From: an uncultured Methanosarcinales archaeon
GTDB lineage: Archaea > Nanobdellota > Nanobdellia > Woesearchaeales > JACPBV01
NCBI GenBank assembly: GCA_964609455.1
Contig: CAZSRD010000002.1
Location: 13,402 to 72,777 of the forward strand
DNA: 59,376 nucleotides
Direction: 5' to 3'
Numbering within the stretch: the first letter of the stretch is position 1; each line of letters begins with the position of its first letter. Of this stretch, positions 44,286 through 53,774 are shown piece after piece. The notes under the pieces are model-generated. The model was not told where the DNA came from and did no database searches. It worked only from the letters and a program-made list of their open reading frames with translations. Made by a program: the position numbers and the translations under genes.

Positions 44286-44786
44286 ATGAAAACAGTCTTC
44301 AAAAAAGGAAGATATATAAAAACAAGAGCAGGAAAAGAAGTAATCAAAATAGCAAAAAGAATATCAACTTCTTTAAAGCCATTAGCTTATCAACAAGAAA
44401 TTGTTGGATCCATAAGAAGAAAATCTCCTTACCCAATAGATATTGATATTGTTGTAATGCCAAAATCCAAGCATAAAATAATTGAATACCTTTCAAAGAA
44501 GGGAAAATATCTCCAAGGAGGGCATAAAAGAGCATCTTTCAAAATAAAAGGCGTTAAAGTAGAAATCTATTTTGCAAATAGAAAAAGTTGGGGGGCTCAT
44601 CTATTGACCTACACAGGACCATTTCAATACAACATAGGTTTAAGGATGAAAGCAAAAAGAAATGGCTTATTGCTCAACCAATATGGCCTGTTCAAAAACA
44701 AAAAGCAGATAGCAGGCTCAACAGAACTATCGATCTATAAATCCTTAGGAAAACACTACAAAGAGCCTGAACTAAGAGGAAAATAA
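44286..44786 (+). CDS. Minimal family X DNA polymerase (palm + thumb only)
   Basis: IVGSIRRKSPYPIDIDIVV (GSxRR..DxD nucleotidyltransferase motif), LLTYTGPFQYNIGLRMKAKRNGLLLNQYGLF, C-terminal YKSLGKHYKEPELR. Only 166 aa, with no 8-kDa or fingers/HhH region. TATA is centred about 27 nt upstream of the ATG at 44286. Confidence 0.75.
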   Translation: MKTVFKKGRYIKTRAGKEVIKIAKRISTSLKPLAYQQEIVGSIRRKSPYPIDIDIVVMPKSKHKIIEYLSKKGKYLQGGHKRASFKIKGVKVEIYFANRKSWGAHLLTYTGPFQYNIGLRMKAKRNGLLLNQYGLFKNKKQIAGSTELSIYKSLGKHYKEPELRGK

Positions 44787-44789
44787 AAA

Positions 44790-45263
44790 TTATTTTTCAG
44801 CTTCTTTTTTAGCTGGCTTCTCTTTCTTAATTTTCTCTGGTTTTGCTTCTTTCTTCACTACAGCCGCTTCCTTAACTCCTTCATCTTCTTTTTCTTCCTT
44901 AGCAACCTTTTTCTTGGCTGGCTTCTCTTTTTTTGTTTCTTTCTTCTTCCCTTTCTTTATCTCTTCTTCAACAGCCTTCTTCTTGCCCCTAACTTTTCGA
45001 GGTCTCTCTGTTTTTTCCTTTTTCTTTGTATCCCAAACTTCAATCTTTAATTTCTCAAACTCTTTCTTAACATCTTCATGAGAAGCTCCTTTCTTAATCT
45101 CGATCTTCTTATCAGTAGGCTCTAAATGCAATATATTGCACTTACGCCTTCTAACATTACCATCTATTAAAACATAATTCCCATCAAGAATATCTACTAT
45201 GATCGCTTCACGCCCTGCGTCACGACCTGCTAATTTTATTACAATTCTCCCAATTTCAATCAT
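44790..45263 (-). CDS. rpl14e: Ribosomal protein eL14 (L14e) with a ~60-aa Lys/Glu-rich C-terminal tail
   Basis: MIEIGRIVIKLAGRDAGREAIIVDILDGNYVLIDG (KOW), then KKEKTERPRKVRGKKKAVEEEIKKGKKKE... Confidence 0.85.
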   Translation of the reverse strand: MIEIGRIVIKLAGRDAGREAIIVDILDGNYVLIDGNVRRRKCNILHLEPTDKKIEIKKGASHEDVKKEFEKLKIEVWDTKKKEKTERPRKVRGKKKAVEEEIKKGKKKETKKEKPAKKKVAKEEKEDEGVKEAAVVKKEAKPEKIKKEKPAKKEAEK

Positions 45264-45309
45264 TTTCGTTCCTCCAATCTCTCATCAAAATGGCAAAGTC
45301 ACCTTGTGC

Positions 45310-45576
45310 CTAAAGAGATTTTGCTTTTTCAACAAACAATTTACGCATGCATTTTGAGCATAAAAAACCGCCATATGGCCTAGAAGGCCTTTTCTTGCTT
45401 TTGTTCATCCTGACCATCTTATAAGGCCTTTCTCTAGGGACTCCTTTCAATTTATCGCCGCATTTACTGCATTTGCCTAATTTAGGTTTCCTTCTTTTAT
45501 AGTGTATTGTAGTCTTCCCAGTAACTCTCACATAAATTCTTCGCAAACTTCTTGACCTTCTGCTTGGTGATGGCAT
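45310..45576 (-). CDS. rpl34e: Ribosomal protein eL34 (L34e)
   Basis: RSRSLRRIYVRVTGKTTIHYKRRKP..KCSKCGDKLKGV...CSKCMR. Confidence 0.9.
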   Translation of the reverse strand: MPSPSRRSRSLRRIYVRVTGKTTIHYKRRKPKLGKCSKCGDKLKGVPRERPYKMVRMNKSKKRPSRPYGGFLCSKCMRKLFVEKAKSL

Positions 45577-45593
45577 TTTATAACCTCGAAAAC

Positions 45594-46343
45594 TCAGTAC
45601 ACTTTAAAAACCTTTCTCAATATCATGCTAAATATGATTGATAATATGATATAGCCTCCCAACCATCCTAGTTTCCACCCAAATAAATTAAATACTTCCA
45701 TCTTATCATTATCAATGCTTATCTGCCTAACTGTCTTGTCTTTTACTAACTCAATTGTTTTGGCATAATTCTGCTCTTCAGTTATTAATAAATTTTTGGT
45801 GTATGCCTTATCATTCACCTTATACTCCAGAAGATATTCTCCTTTATCGCCTTCTAATGCCCATTTGGCTTCATTACCATCAATAGTCTTGTTTGAATCA
45901 CCATTAACTTTTATGCCTTCTGGAGCGATCAACTCAGCATTGCCTTTAATCCCATCATAAAACATAACTGTCGTAGTAAACTCCTGCCCAGGCATAATCG
46001 GTTCATATGCCAAATGTGCATTCATCCAGCCAAAAATAAGGATTATTGGGATAAAAGTAAACAACATGCTTCTCATCGAATGGCTCATATATTTCATATT
46101 GGTCTGCATCGATTGTTTCTGAACAGCCATCATCTTTTGAGGATCGTTCCTTAGCTCTTTCATCTCTTTCTGCAGCTCTTTCATCTCATCCTTTAATTCT
46201 TTCATCAAATTTTGGTTTGTTGAAAGCTTATAGATAAAAGTGACAAGTAAAGTAATAATAAATGCCATTATGACAACTACCCACGAAATTGGCAAACTCA
46301 ATAAAGGATTAAATACAGGTGACAGAACATTTTCAAAAACCAT
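45594..46343 (-). CDS. DUF106/EMC3-Oxa1-like membrane insertase homolog with a ~100-aa extra-membrane insertion
   Basis: TM1, coiled region MKELKDEMKELQKEMKELRNDPQKMMAVQKQSM, TM2, ~100 non-hydrophobic residues, terminal TM. Sits at the canonical position after secY. Confidence 0.7.
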   Translation of the reverse strand: MVFENVLSPVFNPLLSLPISWVVVIMAFIITLLVTFIYKLSTNQNLMKELKDEMKELQKEMKELRNDPQKMMAVQKQSMQTNMKYMSHSMRSMLFTFIPIILIFGWMNAHLAYEPIMPGQEFTTTVMFYDGIKGNAELIAPEGIKVNGDSNKTIDGNEAKWALEGDKGEYLLEYKVNDKAYTKNLLITEEQNYAKTIELVKDKTVRQISIDNDKMEVFNLFGWKLGWLGGYIILSIIFSMILRKVFKVY

Positions 46344-46360
46344 TTTTTCATACCTCTTTT

Positions 46361-47770
46361 TTAACCGCCCATGAATTTCCTCATGGCAGGATACATATCC
46401 ATCATATGCTGCTTAGCGATATCTTCATATAATCTGTAGACAATCATAACAGTAAGCAATATACCTGTGCCTCTGCTCAAAGCTCCGGTAAGATCAGCTA
46501 TAGCAGCTAAAAAACCAACAGTAATTGCGCCCATAATAGTCAATGGCCAGATATACCTATTAAGCAAGCTTTCTAAAACCCTTTGGTCTCTTCTAAACCC
46601 AGGGATTTGCAAGCCAGAAGCCATCATTTGTTTTGCTTGAGAGCTTGCATCCATTCCAGCTGTCTGAACCCAAAAAATACTGAACAAGACAGCGCCGCCA
46701 ATCATAAATAAAGTGTATACAACAGCCTGGATTATCTGTGAACCAGTTGCTGAATGCGTCAGAATATTGTTGACAATATCAGGGGACTGAAGCCAATAAA
46801 CAAACCCGCCAACAAGCTGGCCAGAAGCTTCACTGAATCTAGCAAATATATTTGGGCCGAACCAATTCTGCACCAATCTGCCCCATAATTGCATGTTAGC
46901 CATCAAAGCGGCAACTAATATAACCGGGATGTTAGATGTATAAATAAAAGCCAATGGCCATCTTATCCCATGCCCCCTAATTCTGCCAAACGAAAGCGGA
47001 ATCTCTACCTTCATAGCTTGAGCATAAACAGCCATTACAAATACTAAAACAGTTGAAATCAAAGCAGCAAGCTTAATGCCTGCAGTTGTAGGGTCACCAG
47101 CAGCTAAAGACTGGAATAAAGCAGGTATTGCTCCAATTGAGTAAGTTACCCCAGTTAACCCGCCAGGCCCAGGCAGCCAATTAAATGCCTGTATAAAAAT
47201 CTGCTGCGAAACACCAGCAGCTATAAACAATGAGATGCCAGAACCAAACCCCCATTTTGAAATAACCTCATCCATGAATAATATGAGTATACCGCCTAAA
47301 AACAATTGGAACACCAATAATAGCTGTAATTGAAAATAAGTAGGCGTTCCCATAAAATTCTCCAAAGGCGCTAACCCGCCCATAAAAACATATATCACCG
47401 CTTCAAAGATAATAAAAAATATTGCTAATAATTTCTGTATTCCTTGGAAACTCTTCTTGCCTTCTGAGGTTGTTAGATCAAACTTAACAATGCCAGAGCC
47501 ATTCAACAACTGCAAAACAATAGATGCCGTAACAATAGGTCCAATTCCTAATGATACCAACGAACCAAAATTAGCAGCCAATATAATGCTTAAATACTCA
47601 AACCTTTGTAAGGCATTTTGTCCAAGCCCAAAAAGAGGCATCAAGCCTAAAACAAAGAATAAAACTAAAACAATAAGGGTCCATTTCAGTTTTTCCTTAA
47701 AAGACAATCTTTTCTGTGTTGGGCCAGCAACTTCAGGAAGATTGTTGATAAAAGAGTTCCATAATGACAT
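46361..47770 (-). CDS. secY: Preprotein translocase subunit SecY
   Basis: 10-TM profile, FKEKLKWTLIVLVLFFVL, GIGPIVTASIVLQLL, FGSGISLFI, 469 aa. Confidence 0.93.
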   Translation of the reverse strand: MSLWNSFINNLPEVAGPTQKRLSFKEKLKWTLIVLVLFFVLGLMPLFGLGQNALQRFEYLSIILAANFGSLVSLGIGPIVTASIVLQLLNGSGIVKFDLTTSEGKKSFQGIQKLLAIFFIIFEAVIYVFMGGLAPLENFMGTPTYFQLQLLLVFQLFLGGILILFMDEVISKWGFGSGISLFIAAGVSQQIFIQAFNWLPGPGGLTGVTYSIGAIPALFQSLAAGDPTTAGIKLAALISTVLVFVMAVYAQAMKVEIPLSFGRIRGHGIRWPLAFIYTSNIPVILVAALMANMQLWGRLVQNWFGPNIFARFSEASGQLVGGFVYWLQSPDIVNNILTHSATGSQIIQAVVYTLFMIGGAVLFSIFWVQTAGMDASSQAKQMMASGLQIPGFRRDQRVLESLLNRYIWPLTIMGAITVGFLAAIADLTGALSRGTGILLTVMIVYRLYEDIAKQHMMDMYPAMRKFMGG

Positions 47771-47771
47771 T

Positions 47772-48209
47772 TTACTCAGCAGACTTTACCTCTTTGCTTT
47801 TACCCAAAATAACCTCTCCACCAGCTTTCTTTATTTTGTCAATAGCTTTAGCAGAGGCCATATCAACTTTAATTTTTAATTTATTTTTGATTTGCCCCTT
47901 GCCTAGTAATTTGTTATACCCTAACTTACCAAGATCAATAACTCCCCCATCTTTTGATGAGAGTTTTTCTTCAACATAATCTATATTAACCGCATTTATC
48001 TTTACAACACTCTTTGAAGTGAATCCATACTTCCCAAAATATTTTTTATTTTTCCAGATTAATGTTTTAATGGAATCGCCCCTCTTACCCGTCCCAGCCA
48101 TGCCTTTTCCGCCTCTATTTCCTGCTCCTCTGTGCTTTTTCTTACTGCCCCATCCATGCGTATGCCTTCCCCTTTGCCTGCTAAACTTTTTTCTTTTATT
48201 AACTGTCAT
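47772..48209 (-). CDS. rpl15: Ribosomal protein uL15
   Basis: RGRHTHGWGSKKKHRGAGNRGGKGMAGTGKR. Confidence 0.92.
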   Translation of the reverse strand: MTVNKRKKFSRQRGRHTHGWGSKKKHRGAGNRGGKGMAGTGKRGDSIKTLIWKNKKYFGKYGFTSKSVVKINAVNIDYVEEKLSSKDGGVIDLGKLGYNKLLGKGQIKNKLKIKVDMASAKAIDKIKKAGGEVILGKSKEVKSAE

Positions 48210-48635
48210 TTAGATCATCCTTTTTAATAAATCATTAATCTTATCTTCCCTGTAACCCAAAGCGCCATGGGCTTTAAAGCTAACTTTGATTCCTTTTCTT
48301 TCAAAGCCGCCCCTAGGAGGATTTAGCCTAAAAAATGGCTTTATCTTTTTACCATCAACTAAGATAAATCTCTTATACTCTATCTTGCCCTTGCTGTCTT
48401 TTTCTTTTCCTTTATATTCTTCTCCTCTTTTTGATACCAATTCTTTGTAAACATCATCGCTTATTTCTCCATAAGTGATATAATCCTTAACTTTATTGAT
48501 CATACCCTTAAATGTAGGATTGTCCTCCACAACAACGCAAAAATTTTTCCTATACAATCTAAGCAAGCTAAATGTATACTTTACATCATCTCTTAAATTC
48601 ACATTTCCTCTGACTCTAATCAACGCTAGTTTCAT
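48210..48635 (-). CDS. rpl30: Ribosomal protein uL30
   Basis: MKLALIRVRGNVNLRDDVKYTFSLLRL. Confidence 0.9.
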   Translation of the reverse strand: MKLALIRVRGNVNLRDDVKYTFSLLRLYRKNFCVVVEDNPTFKGMINKVKDYITYGEISDDVYKELVSKRGEEYKGKEKDSKGKIEYKRFILVDGKKIKPFFRLNPPRGGFERKGIKVSFKAHGALGYREDKINDLLKRMI

Positions 48636-49434
48636 TCTCCTCTACCTTTTCCATCATTTTTCCTTCGACAATTCCTAAGATTTCAAAATGCTTGCTGGAA
48701 ACCTTCATCTTAACCAGGTTCCTGATAGCATCAAGGCAAGCAGCAATCAAATTAATTTTTGTCCTTGTTTGCCCCTTTGTTTTTGACCAAACATCCTTAA
48801 TTCCAGCCAATTTTAGTATTTTGCTGCATTCCTTTTCAACACTCAATCCAGTGCCTTTAGGGGCAGGCATTAATTTAATAACGCAGCTCCCGCATTTTCC
48901 TTGAACAGCAAAAGGTATTGTGTGGCCTTCCTTGCATCCGCATTGCCATGAGCCGCAGCCTCTTCTTATCTTAATTATATTCAACTTAGCTTTTCTAATT
49001 GCCTTCTCCCTTGCTGGAACTGTTTCTTTACTTTTTCCATACCCTAAGCCAATATGCCCATTATTATCTCCAACAACAGCCAATATTGCAAAATGTGGTT
49101 TGTTTCCTTCCCGGGTTTTCTTTTGGGTCTGTTTGAATATCCTTCTTTGCCCGCCGCCAAACTTACCTTTTGACTGGCCAATTAATAATAACTCAGTATC
49201 CAGTTCAGGCAGCAAAATTTCAGTAATCTGGGGTTCTAATATCTTTAAGCCTTTGTCCAGTATTTCATCGATATCCTTTATCTCTCCATTTTTTACTTTA
49301 TTACCCATGCTTGTTTTAGGTTTCCAGCTTCCCTTATCCACCATAGGCTTCTTTTTTGCTTCTTCCACTATCTGCGTCTCTACATCTTTTACTTCTTCTT
49401 CAGTTTCTGGTTCCACTATTTCATCTTCTGCCAT
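48616..49434 (-). CDS. rps5: Ribosomal protein uS5 with acidic N-terminal extension
   Basis: GGGQRRIFKQTQKKTREGNKPHFAILAVVGDNNGHIGLGYGKSKE; N-terminus MAEDEIVEPETEEEVKDVE. Confidence 0.92.
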   Translation of the reverse strand: MAEDEIVEPETEEEVKDVETQIVEEAKKKPMVDKGSWKPKTSMGNKVKNGEIKDIDEILDKGLKILEPQITEILLPELDTELLLIGQSKGKFGGGQRRIFKQTQKKTREGNKPHFAILAVVGDNNGHIGLGYGKSKETVPAREKAIRKAKLNIIKIRRGCGSWQCGCKEGHTIPFAVQGKCGSCVIKLMPAPKGTGLSVEKECSKILKLAGIKDVWSKTKGQTRTKINLIAACLDAIRNLVKMKVSSKHFEILGIVEGKMMEKVEENETSVD

Positions 49435-49436
49435 TT

Positions 49437-49967
49437 TTATACACCCAAAATCTTTTTCCTCACTTCTTCAAACTTGTTAAAGTCAAAACCTTTTATATGT
49501 TTCCCTTTAATCCTATCCTCTGAAGGAAAAATATCCTCTGAACAAGGGATATTCATGCCAACATCAACACAGCCTTTTACAACTGAATATATCCTAGAGC
49601 CCTTTACAGATTTTTGTAGCCCTATATCCACAATTAGATCATTAATATTCTTCTTTTTTGCTTTATTTCCCAACAATAAGCCGACAAGATAAGCAGCGCA
49701 AATATTATTACTGCCCCCCCACCCATATTTCTTCAATTCAGAGGAGTGAGCAGATAATATAACTTTATCCCCCCCTCCATCATAATATACTACCTGAGCC
49801 AGTACATTTTTAAGGCTTTTTCTTATAACCAATCTGGGTTTATTTGCTAATAAAAGCTTCAGCCTTTTTTTATAATTGGTCCTGCCCAATCGTTTTCTTT
49901 TCAATTGCAGCCCATATCTAGTTCTCATTTTTTTAGACCCCGTAATAATCCAATAACCTAAATCCAT
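49437..49967 (-). CDS. rpl18: Ribosomal protein uL18
   Basis: RLGRTNYKKRLKLL, LVIRKSLKNVLAQVV. The internal ATG at 49928 is an alternative start. Confidence 0.88.
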   Translation of the reverse strand: MDLGYWIITGSKKMRTRYGLQLKRKRLGRTNYKKRLKLLLANKPRLVIRKSLKNVLAQVVYYDGGGDKVILSAHSSELKKYGWGGSNNICAAYLVGLLLGNKAKKKNINDLIVDIGLQKSVKGSRIYSVVKGCVDVGMNIPCSEDIFPSEDRIKGKHIKGFDFNKFEEVRKKILGV

Positions 49968-49976
49968 AAATAATTT

Positions 49977-50420
49977 TCACTTCTTCATCCTCTCCTCTAA
50001 GTATATTTTAATGTGCCTCTTACTCCTGAAAAACCCGCCTTTTGATTTTAAGTAAAGTTCCCTAAACAGTTTTTTATCAACAACCTTTTTGTCTTTTAAT
50101 ATCCTCAAAAATTTTCTTTGGGACCTTATCTTATTTATCCATTTCCTTTTTGAGGGTAATCTTGCATTTCTGCTCCCTTTTCTTGAACCAGGGCCTTGCT
50201 GTTTGCCTTTTCTTTTTTGTATTATTCTTTTCCTAGCTCTCCCTCTAGAAATACCCTTTACTGCTACCTTGGTTATTGCATTATCTTTTATTAAAGATCT
50301 TATATCTATCTTTGTTATAGCTTCTTTGATATCATCAAGCCTATCCGGATCAAACCTTACCCTTTTTTCAGAGCATTTTAAAACTTTAGCAGCAAGCCTT
50401 TTTTGATTGTTAAGCTTCAT
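49977..50420 (-). CDS. rpl19e: Ribosomal protein eL19
   Basis: LNNQKRLAAKVLKCSEKRVRFDP...GISRGRARKR...GPGSRKG. Confidence 0.92.
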   Translation of the reverse strand: MKLNNQKRLAAKVLKCSEKRVRFDPDRLDDIKEAITKIDIRSLIKDNAITKVAVKGISRGRARKRIIQKRKGKQQGPGSRKGSRNARLPSKRKWINKIRSQRKFLRILKDKKVVDKKLFRELYLKSKGGFFRSKRHIKIYLEERMKK

Positions 50421-50980
50421 TATAATTCCCTCTTTATCAGCAGCTTATCCTTTTCTTTCTTATCTTTTTCCTTTTTTTCTTCATCACTTAATTTCTCTTC
50501 TAATTTAACATCTCCTTTCTTCTCCTGTTTTCCTTTCTCTTTTATCTTTTCTTCCTTTTTCTTCTTCTTATCAGTCCTCTTCTTCATCTCATCTTCCTTC
50601 TTTTTCAGATATTCATCAACTTTCAAATTTAAGATGGTAATTCCTTTTTCCTTTGCTTTATTTAATAATAGAATCTTTTTTTTAGTGCCAACACTTTTAG
50701 ATATAATCACGCCTTCATTCTCTTTATTTATTTTGTTCAACTCATTTTCATTATAAACCAATACAATCTTTAATCCTTCTTTGCTAAGGCCCCTTACCAA
50801 TTTGGGGGACCCATAACCATCAGAAACAGGTTTAGAATGTCCTGCTTTCTTTAATCTTATTTTTGAATGCAGCCCTCTCGGTTTAACCCATCTGTTCTTT
50901 AATCTCTTCTTATGGGGGTCCTGCCTGACAAAAACAGGCCTATTCTTTTGCATTTTATTTCTTATTTCTAACAAGCTCAT
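50420..50980 (-). CDS. rpl32e: Ribosomal protein eL32 with Lys/Glu-rich C-terminal tail
   Basis: RPVFVRQDPHKKRLKNRWVKPRGLHSKIR...GYGSPKLVRGL; tail KKKEDEMKKRTDKKKKKEEKIKEKGKQEKK... Confidence 0.9.
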   Translation of the reverse strand: MSLLEIRNKMQKNRPVFVRQDPHKKRLKNRWVKPRGLHSKIRLKKAGHSKPVSDGYGSPKLVRGLSKEGLKIVLVYNENELNKINKENEGVIISKSVGTKKKILLLNKAKEKGITILNLKVDEYLKKKEDEMKKRTDKKKKKEEKIKEKGKQEKKGDVKLEEKLSDEEKKEKDKKEKDKLLIKREL

Positions 50981-51531
50981 TTTAGTTCCTTACCATCCTT
51001 TTCAATAATCCAAATACCATCTTGAAATATCCTTGTATCATACTTCGTTCTTCTAGTTAATTTCTCAATATCTGCTGCAACCTGTGATGCTGTCTCTTTA
51101 TTTACAGACTCAACCACTACAAGATCCCCATCAACTTTAACATTAGCTCCTTCTTTTATCTTAAGCACCCTGGGTATTTTCTCTCCAAAAAAATTCTTCA
51201 CAGTAAACTCACTATCCTTAACAGATATGCTCATAGGAAAATGCCCAGAACAAATCTTCAAAACATACTTGCAGCCCTCATTCGCGCTCTTCAGCATATT
51301 CTTCAAATGCGCTTTAAAAGAGTTTACTAACTTTCGTTCCCTTTTTGTTGATTTTAAAGCCTTAATGATCACCTTGTTGCCTTCCTTGATTAACTTAACA
51401 TTAGGATTAAACAATTTTTTACTGACTTCCCCTGCCTTGCCTTTAACCTTAACAGTATATTCATCTATCTCTACATTAATGCCATCTGGAATTTCTATTT
51501 CAACTTTGATTTCTTTCTTTTGTTTTGCCAT
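50977..51531 (-). CDS. rpl6: Ribosomal protein uL6
   Basis: IEIPDGINVEIDEYTVKVKGKAGEVSKKL; two-domain length of 184 aa; position in the operon. Confidence 0.9.
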   Translation of the reverse strand: MAKQKKEIKVEIEIPDGINVEIDEYTVKVKGKAGEVSKKLFNPNVKLIKEGNKVIIKALKSTKRERKLVNSFKAHLKNMLKSANEGCKYVLKICSGHFPMSISVKDSEFTVKNFFGEKIPRVLKIKEGANVKVDGDLVVVESVNKETASQVAADIEKLTRRTKYDTRIFQDGIWIIEKDGKELK

Positions 51532-51532
51532 T

Positions 51533-51922
51533 TTAATAACAATAAGCTAGTAACTTACCGCCAATTCCTTTTTTCTTTGCCTGAGTATGGCCCATAATGC
51601 CATTAGGGGTAGATACAAAAATAATCCCAAAGTCTTTCGCAGGAAGGTACCTGCCTTCAAATTTTTCATATCCTCCCCTTTTAACACTATATCTTGGCTT
51701 AATAGCGCCGCACTTGTTAATATTGCCTAATAAATTAATCTTAAGTAAATTACCCTTTTTATTTATAACCTCATTAAACGAACCAACATAACCCCCTTCA
51801 TTCAATATCTTAAGTAAAGCCTTTAGAATCTTGGATGGAGATACAACTACAACTTCCTTTTTTCCTACCTTTTCAGCATTCAACATTTTTGATAAAGCGC
51901 TTGCCAACGTATCATTTAACAT
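51533..51922 (-). CDS. rps8: Ribosomal protein uS8
   Basis: MLNDTLASALSKMLNAEKVGKKEV ... GIIFVSTPNGIMGHTQAKKKGIGGKLLAYCY. Confidence 0.92.
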   Translation of the reverse strand: MLNDTLASALSKMLNAEKVGKKEVVVVSPSKILKALLKILNEGGYVGSFNEVINKKGNLLKINLLGNINKCGAIKPRYSVKRGGYEKFEGRYLPAKDFGIIFVSTPNGIMGHTQAKKKGIGGKLLAYCY

Positions 51923-51934
51923 TTTTTTTCACAC

Positions 51935-52165
51935 TCAGCTATATTTTTTAAATCCTAATTTATTAGCAAATTGCCTAAAACACCTTCTGCACACATTTAA
52001 GCCATACTTCCCAATATGCCCATGGGGGTTCCCGCATATCCTGCACCCCTTTGTTTTAGGTCCAAATTTCCTCTCCTTAGGAGAATTATGCTTCAAAAAT
52101 CTTTTAAGCTTTACAGGTTTAGCCCTCAACTGTTTGAATACCTTCTCATAACTTGAATAAGTCAT
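51935..52165 (-). CDS. rps14: Ribosomal protein uS14 (zinc type)
   Basis: [25 protein letters not shown]. The ATG at 52165 lies 1 nt after the uL5 stop (the track start 52177 is TTG). Confidence 0.88.
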   Translation of the reverse strand: MTYSSYEKVFKQLRAKPVKLKRFLKHNSPKERKFGPKTKGCRICGNPHGHIGKYGLNVCRRCFRQFANKLGFKKYS

Positions 52166-52166
52166 T

Positions 52167-52676
52167 CTAATCACCAACCTCTACCTTAAATTTATTTTTA
52201 ATGAATTCAATCGCTTCCTGAGGGGTTATCTTGTGTTTGTTAGGTATCTTCCTCTTCATAATGCCTCTTTTCTTAATTCTAAAACCCGGTCTTTGCAAGG
52301 TTACACATACCTCTAAACCCATTATCCCTATTTTAGGATCATATTTCAAACCAGGAATATCAATACACTCATGAATTCCAAAAGCTATATTGCCTTCTTG
52401 ATCAAATTGGTGAGGATTCAATTTATTGCTCTTAGCATCTAACAGCCTAGTCAGCATTTCTTCAGCTTTTTTCTTCCTCAATGTTAATTTGCAGCCTATT
52501 GGTAAACCTGGCCTCAATCCCCAGCCAGGAATTCTTTTATTTGTAAATGTTTTAATTGGATCAATACCTGTAATATTCTTTAAAAGCAAAATACCCTTTT
52601 CCAGCCTATTCTGGTCTTTACCAGCACCAATATTCAATGTTACTTTCTCTATCCTTATCTCCCTCATTAAATTCAT
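52167..52676 (-). CDS. rpl5: Ribosomal protein uL5
   Basis: [16 protein letters not shown]...[21 protein letters not shown]...[11 protein letters not shown]. Confidence 0.92.
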   Translation of the reverse strand: MNLMREIRIEKVTLNIGAGKDQNRLEKGILLLKNITGIDPIKTFTNKRIPGWGLRPGLPIGCKLTLRKKKAEEMLTRLLDAKSNKLNPHQFDQEGNIAFGIHECIDIPGLKYDPKIGIMGLEVCVTLQRPGFRIKKRGIMKRKIPNKHKITPQEAIEFIKNKFKVEVGD

Positions 52677-52677
52677 T

Positions 52678-53364
52678 TTACTCCTTTCCTGCTAAAGAAA
52701 CTACAGGTTTATCCTTACCAACAACAAAAACATATTTCTTTAATGTTTCAATAGTCTCTCCACCACTCATCTTATAGATAATCTTATTGGATATAATATC
52801 TTCAACTTTCCCAATATCCCCGCTATGCTTACCCCCAATAAGGTAAATTAAACAACCTTGCTCTAGACCCATATACTCTTTTATTTCATTTTTAGGAAGA
52901 CTTATCAAAACAGTCCCCCCTACCTTATAATCGTCCTTATCTACAATAATATTTTTTCCATCATACAGATTAAGCTGTGTTTTCCCTTTTACCTTGCTTT
53001 TCCCTATTATTTTACATGGCTTAATATCAGCTTCCTTTTTATCAATCATAATCAAAACTAATTTTCCTTTTTTCAAAGCAATCCTAAAACAATTATCTCC
53101 AAATTTAATAACATCCATAATGCCTACTGGAAACTTACTTTCTTTTCTCCGTATACCGTCTACCAATACCTCATTGTAATAAAGTGAGTTTCTGACCTCT
53201 TTAGCATTTTTAGCAATTGCCAAAACATCCCTTAAAATAACCCTTAAAGGCAAAGCCAATTTAAATGAATGTGGCCCAGGATTTGGTCTGACAACAAAAG
53301 TGATTCCTCTTCTCTTTATTGCCCAGGATTTGGGGATTGCTAGCCTTTTTAGGTGTTTTTTCAT
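52678..53364 (-). CDS. rps4e: Ribosomal protein eS4
   Basis: KKHLKRLAIPKSWAIKRRGITFVVRPNPGPH, with S4 and KOW segments. Confidence 0.92.
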   Translation of the reverse strand: MKKHLKRLAIPKSWAIKRRGITFVVRPNPGPHSFKLALPLRVILRDVLAIAKNAKEVRNSLYYNEVLVDGIRRKESKFPVGIMDVIKFGDNCFRIALKKGKLVLIMIDKKEADIKPCKIIGKSKVKGKTQLNLYDGKNIIVDKDDYKVGGTVLISLPKNEIKEYMGLEQGCLIYLIGGKHSGDIGKVEDIISNKIIYKMSGGETIETLKKYVFVVGKDKPVVSLAGKE

Positions 53365-53741
53365 TTTCTCTCCACTATTTTCTGCCTGATCTTATCATCA
53401 AGATTCAATTCAGTTATTATCAGATTGGAAGCATCTATTCCTTGTCTTGTCTTTGTCCCATCCTTTTTTGTTATCTCCACACCAGTTATATATGCTTTGC
53501 TTTGCTTTAAATCAATACTCTCTACACTTCCAACATGTTTTTTAAAATTGCCCCTTACTATCCTAACTTTATCGCCTTTTCTAAGGCCTAAATTTCTTTT
53601 GCCATACTTCTTTTTCAGCTCTTTTGAAAGATGCGCGCGAACAAACTTATGTTTGGTATGCAAGGGAGCATTATGCCTGTACTTTCTTTGTTTTCTTACT
53701 TGTTTGCTTGATTTCCAGCTTTTTGAAAATTTTTTCTTCAT
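53361..53741 (-). CDS. rpl24: Ribosomal protein uL24
   Basis: KQRKYRHNAPLHTKHKFVRAHLSKELKKKYGKRNLGLRKGDKVRIVRGNFK (KOW). AAGGTGA SD. Confidence 0.92.
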   Translation of the reverse strand: MKKKFSKSWKSSKQVRKQRKYRHNAPLHTKHKFVRAHLSKELKKKYGKRNLGLRKGDKVRIVRGNFKKHVGSVESIDLKQSKAYITGVEITKKDGTKTRQGIDASNLIITELNLDDKIRQKIVERK

Positions 53742-53774
53742 TTAAAATCACCTTAAGCGATTTTTAATGCACTT

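Noticed and set aside
48920-49480. Long antisense ORFs inside ribosomal protein genes (also 50403-50756, 55252-55893, 56482-56961)
   Set aside because: They sit opposite highly confident r-protein genes. Their Ser/Phe/Leu-rich low-complexity translations arise because AAR/GAR-rich sense codons leave the antisense frame free of stops.
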